Source of the DNA: a virus
IMG/VR virus record: IMGVR_UViG_3300017991_000083
Coordinates: 27,367-91,366 of that record
DNA length: 64,000 bases
Direction: 5' to 3' (one strand)
The notes beneath the pieces are model-generated. The model did not search any database, was not told the origin of the DNA, and worked only from the letters and a program-made list of their open reading frames with translations. This document shows positions 62,178 to 64,000 of the stretch, piece by piece (the stretch's first letter is position 1; each line of letters begins with the position of its first letter). Position numbers and translations under genes: made by a program.

Positions 62178-63386
62178 CTACTTCTCGAGTCTCAGGGGCA
62201 TCAGGATCGACCTGACGCCCTGGGCGCCCTGGTCGCCGGCGGCCTCGATCACGGCCGCGGCGACGGGCTTGGTCCATCCGACCCTGATCCGCTCCCCCTC
62301 GGGGAGATGCACCAGGGCGGCGGCCAGGTAGTCGCCATTGTATCCGGCGGTGAACTCGGCGGGCCCGCCGTCGACGTCGATGTACTCCCAGGCCTCGCCG
62401 ACGTCGGGCGTCGACACGGCGACCTTGCAGCGCCCCTTGCGGACCTCGAGACGAACCTGGTTCGTCAGGGTGTCGGCCAGGGGGGCGACGCGATCCAGGG
62501 CGCCGGCCAGGGCGGCCCGGTCGAACGTCGCCCAGGTCGCCGGCGTCGGGATCACTTGACGGTAGTTTGGGAATGGCCCCTCGAGCGCCCGGGCGACGAT
62601 AGTGACCAGGCCGATCTTGAACCCGACCCGGCCGGCCCCGTCGGCCTCGACGTATCCGAACCTGACAGGCGCCGGGGGCAGTTTCGCCTTGCGGGCGGCC
62701 TTCAGGTCGGCCGCGGCCTCGGCGGCGGCCAGGGCCAGGGCCTTTGGCGGCACTATGACGGCCTTGTCGGCCAGGCCGTTGGTGCGGGCGGGGAGCTCGG
62801 CGGAGACCAGGCGGTGGCCGTCGGTCGCCGTCGCCAGGACCTGGCCGTCGCCGACCTCGACAAACACACCGTTTAGACTCGGGCGCGTTTCGTCGGTCGA
62901 CGTGCAGAACCTGACGCGATTGTCCAGGGCGACCAGGGCCTCGGCGTCGATCTCGAGGCCCGGCGCCGGCGCCGGCCGGATCGACGGGAACTCGGGCGCC
63001 GGGAATCCCAGGACCTTGACGGTTGTCGGGCCCAGGGTGAGCTCGGCGCTCTCCGGGTCGCCGGGCTCGGTCTCCCCCTCGGCGGGCGCCGGGGTCTCGG
63101 CGTATATGGTCACGGCCTCGATCCCCTTTGCGCCCTTCAGGACCTTCAGGAGACGGTCGACGCCCAGGACCACGGCCCCGGCCTCGAGCTCGGCGCCGGC
63201 CTCGGCGGCGATCCGCCGGGTCACGGTCACGTCTAGGTCGGTCGCCGTCGCCAGGAGCTCTCCGGCCTCGACGTCGACGGTCATGTACGCCCCCGACAGT
63301 ACGGGGAGCGTCGCCTTGTTCGATGCTACTTTCTTCAGGCCCCTCAGGGCGCTCTCCAGGTCGGCACGTGCTACGGTTGCCCTCAT
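62178..63386 (-). CDS. dnaN: DNA polymerase III beta sliding clamp homologue
   Basis: TLPVLSG, ATDLD, STDETRPSLNGV, ATDGHRL, VIVPPK, EGPFPNYRQVIP and ILMPLR. Confidence 0.92.
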   Translation of the reverse strand: MRATVARADLESALRGLKKVASNKATLPVLSGAYMTVDVEAGELLATATDLDVTVTRRIAAEAGAELEAGAVVLGVDRLLKVLKGAKGIEAVTIYAETPAPAEGETEPGDPESAELTLGPTTVKVLGFPAPEFPSIRPAPAPGLEIDAEALVALDNRVRFCTSTDETRPSLNGVFVEVGDGQVLATATDGHRLVSAELPARTNGLADKAVIVPPKALALAAAEAAADLKAARKAKLPPAPVRFGYVEADGAGRVGFKIGLVTIVARALEGPFPNYRQVIPTPATWATFDRAALAGALDRVAPLADTLTNQVRLEVRKGRCKVAVSTPDVGEAWEYIDVDGGPAEFTAGYNGDYLAAALVHLPEGERIRVGWTKPVAAAVIEAAGDQGAQGVRSILMPLRLEK

Positions 63387-63460
63387 ATCTTGCCCCCTTG
63401 TCTCGGCGGCCTCGGCGGCCGCGGCCCTTGTCTGATGTCGGCCGGATTGCCGACGTTTAG

Positions 63461-63490
63461 AGTCTAGCATACATGCCCCCATGCTGTCAA
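63461..63490 (-). promoter_or_regulatory. sigma70-type promoter of the dnaN operon
   Basis: TTGACA-N18(ending TGC)-TAGACT with upstream AAAAA. Confidence 0.8.
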
Positions 63491-63504
63491 GCGCCTTTTT
63501 GTGC

Positions 63505-63534
63505 TTGCGTCAGGGTCGGCCGGCGTGCTAGACT
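63505..63534 (+). promoter_or_regulatory. divergent sigma70-type promoter facing array B
   Basis: TTGCGT-N18(ending GGCCGGCGTGC)-TAGACT. Confidence 0.55.
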
Positions 63535-63592
63535 CGAGGCCTCGAGCGATCCCCAGGGCCCGGCCCTGGGGAGCTCGACGTCGGCCCCGGCC

Positions 63593-63716
63593 GGCGCCCA
63601 GGGGGAGCTCGAGGGCCCCGACCTGGCGCCGGCCTCGAGGGGGCGCCCAGGGGGAGCTCGAGGGCCCCGACCTGGCGCCGGCCTCGAGGGGGCGCCCAGG
63701 GGGAGCTCGAGGGCCC
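63593..63716. repeat. 49-bp tandem repeat (about 2.5 copies)
   Basis: GGCGCCCAGGGGGAGCTCGAGGGCCCCGACCTGGCGCCGGCCTCGAGGG at 63593, 63642 and partially at 63691. Confidence 0.9.
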
Positions 63717-63737
63717 GGGACCGGCGGCGATATGTCG

Positions 63738-63919
63738 CCCCCTAGCTTGCGAGCGATCCCGACCTCGAGCTTGCGAGCGATCCCGACCTCGAGCTTGCGA
63801 GCGATCCCGACCTCGAGCTTGCGAGCGATCCCGACCAACACAAGGGGCCCCAGGTCTATAGACCTGGGGCCCCTTAGCTTGCGAGCGATATGTCGCCCCC
63901 TAGCTTGCGAGCGATCCCG
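63738..63919 (+). repeat. array B: 6 x CTTGCGAGCGAT interrupted by a palindrome
   Basis: Cores at 63746, 63770, 63794, 63818, 63878, 63904. Confidence 0.92.
63842..63875. repeat. perfect 34-bp palindrome
   Basis: AAGGGGCCCCAGGTCTA|TAGACCTGGGGCCCCTT. Confidence 0.92.
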
Positions 63920-64000
63920 TCAACCGGCGGCGGCGGCCGACGTGGGCTCTCGGTAGCCCAGGGGGACCCGGTTGCGAATCTGCCCCTTCAGTCGGTCGGC

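Noticed and set aside
60997-63919. CTTGCGAGCGAT arrays as CRISPR
   Set aside because: Core is only 12 bp; linkers are 12-14 nt and repeat rather than being unique; no cas genes

Overview
A 64-kb piece of a tailed dsDNA phage genome (Caudoviricetes). It is siphovirus-like: an HK97-type head, a tail tube, an 1170-aa tape measure and no sheath. Essentially all credible genes are on the minus strand. In transcription order (right to left): (1) a compositionally distinct, very GC-rich early-type module (about 54.9-64 kb) with near-consensus sigma70 promoters, a DnaN beta-clamp homologue, Ala-rich genes joined by a repeated hairpin/SD element, two phased CTTGCGAGCGAT arrays, a perfect 34-bp palindrome and a 1.6-kb G-rich non-coding tract; (2) many small genes (39.5-54.7 kb) including two sulfotransferases, a stand-alone NrdD-type glycyl-radical finger, a parS site and several structured intergenic RNA candidates; (3) terminase, methyltransferase, portal, gpF, ChaB-fused protease, scaffold and major capsid; (4) a six-gene glycosyltransferase cluster placed between capsid and neck genes; (5) neck and tail genes with a -1 frameshifted tail chaperone; (6) an amidase endolysin, a second methyltransferase and an SNF2 helicase. 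The best candidates for novelty are a virion glycosylation/methylation/sulfation system and the repeat-organised early module. All protein calls come from motif recognition by eye. No database search was run, and GC values are eyeball estimates.
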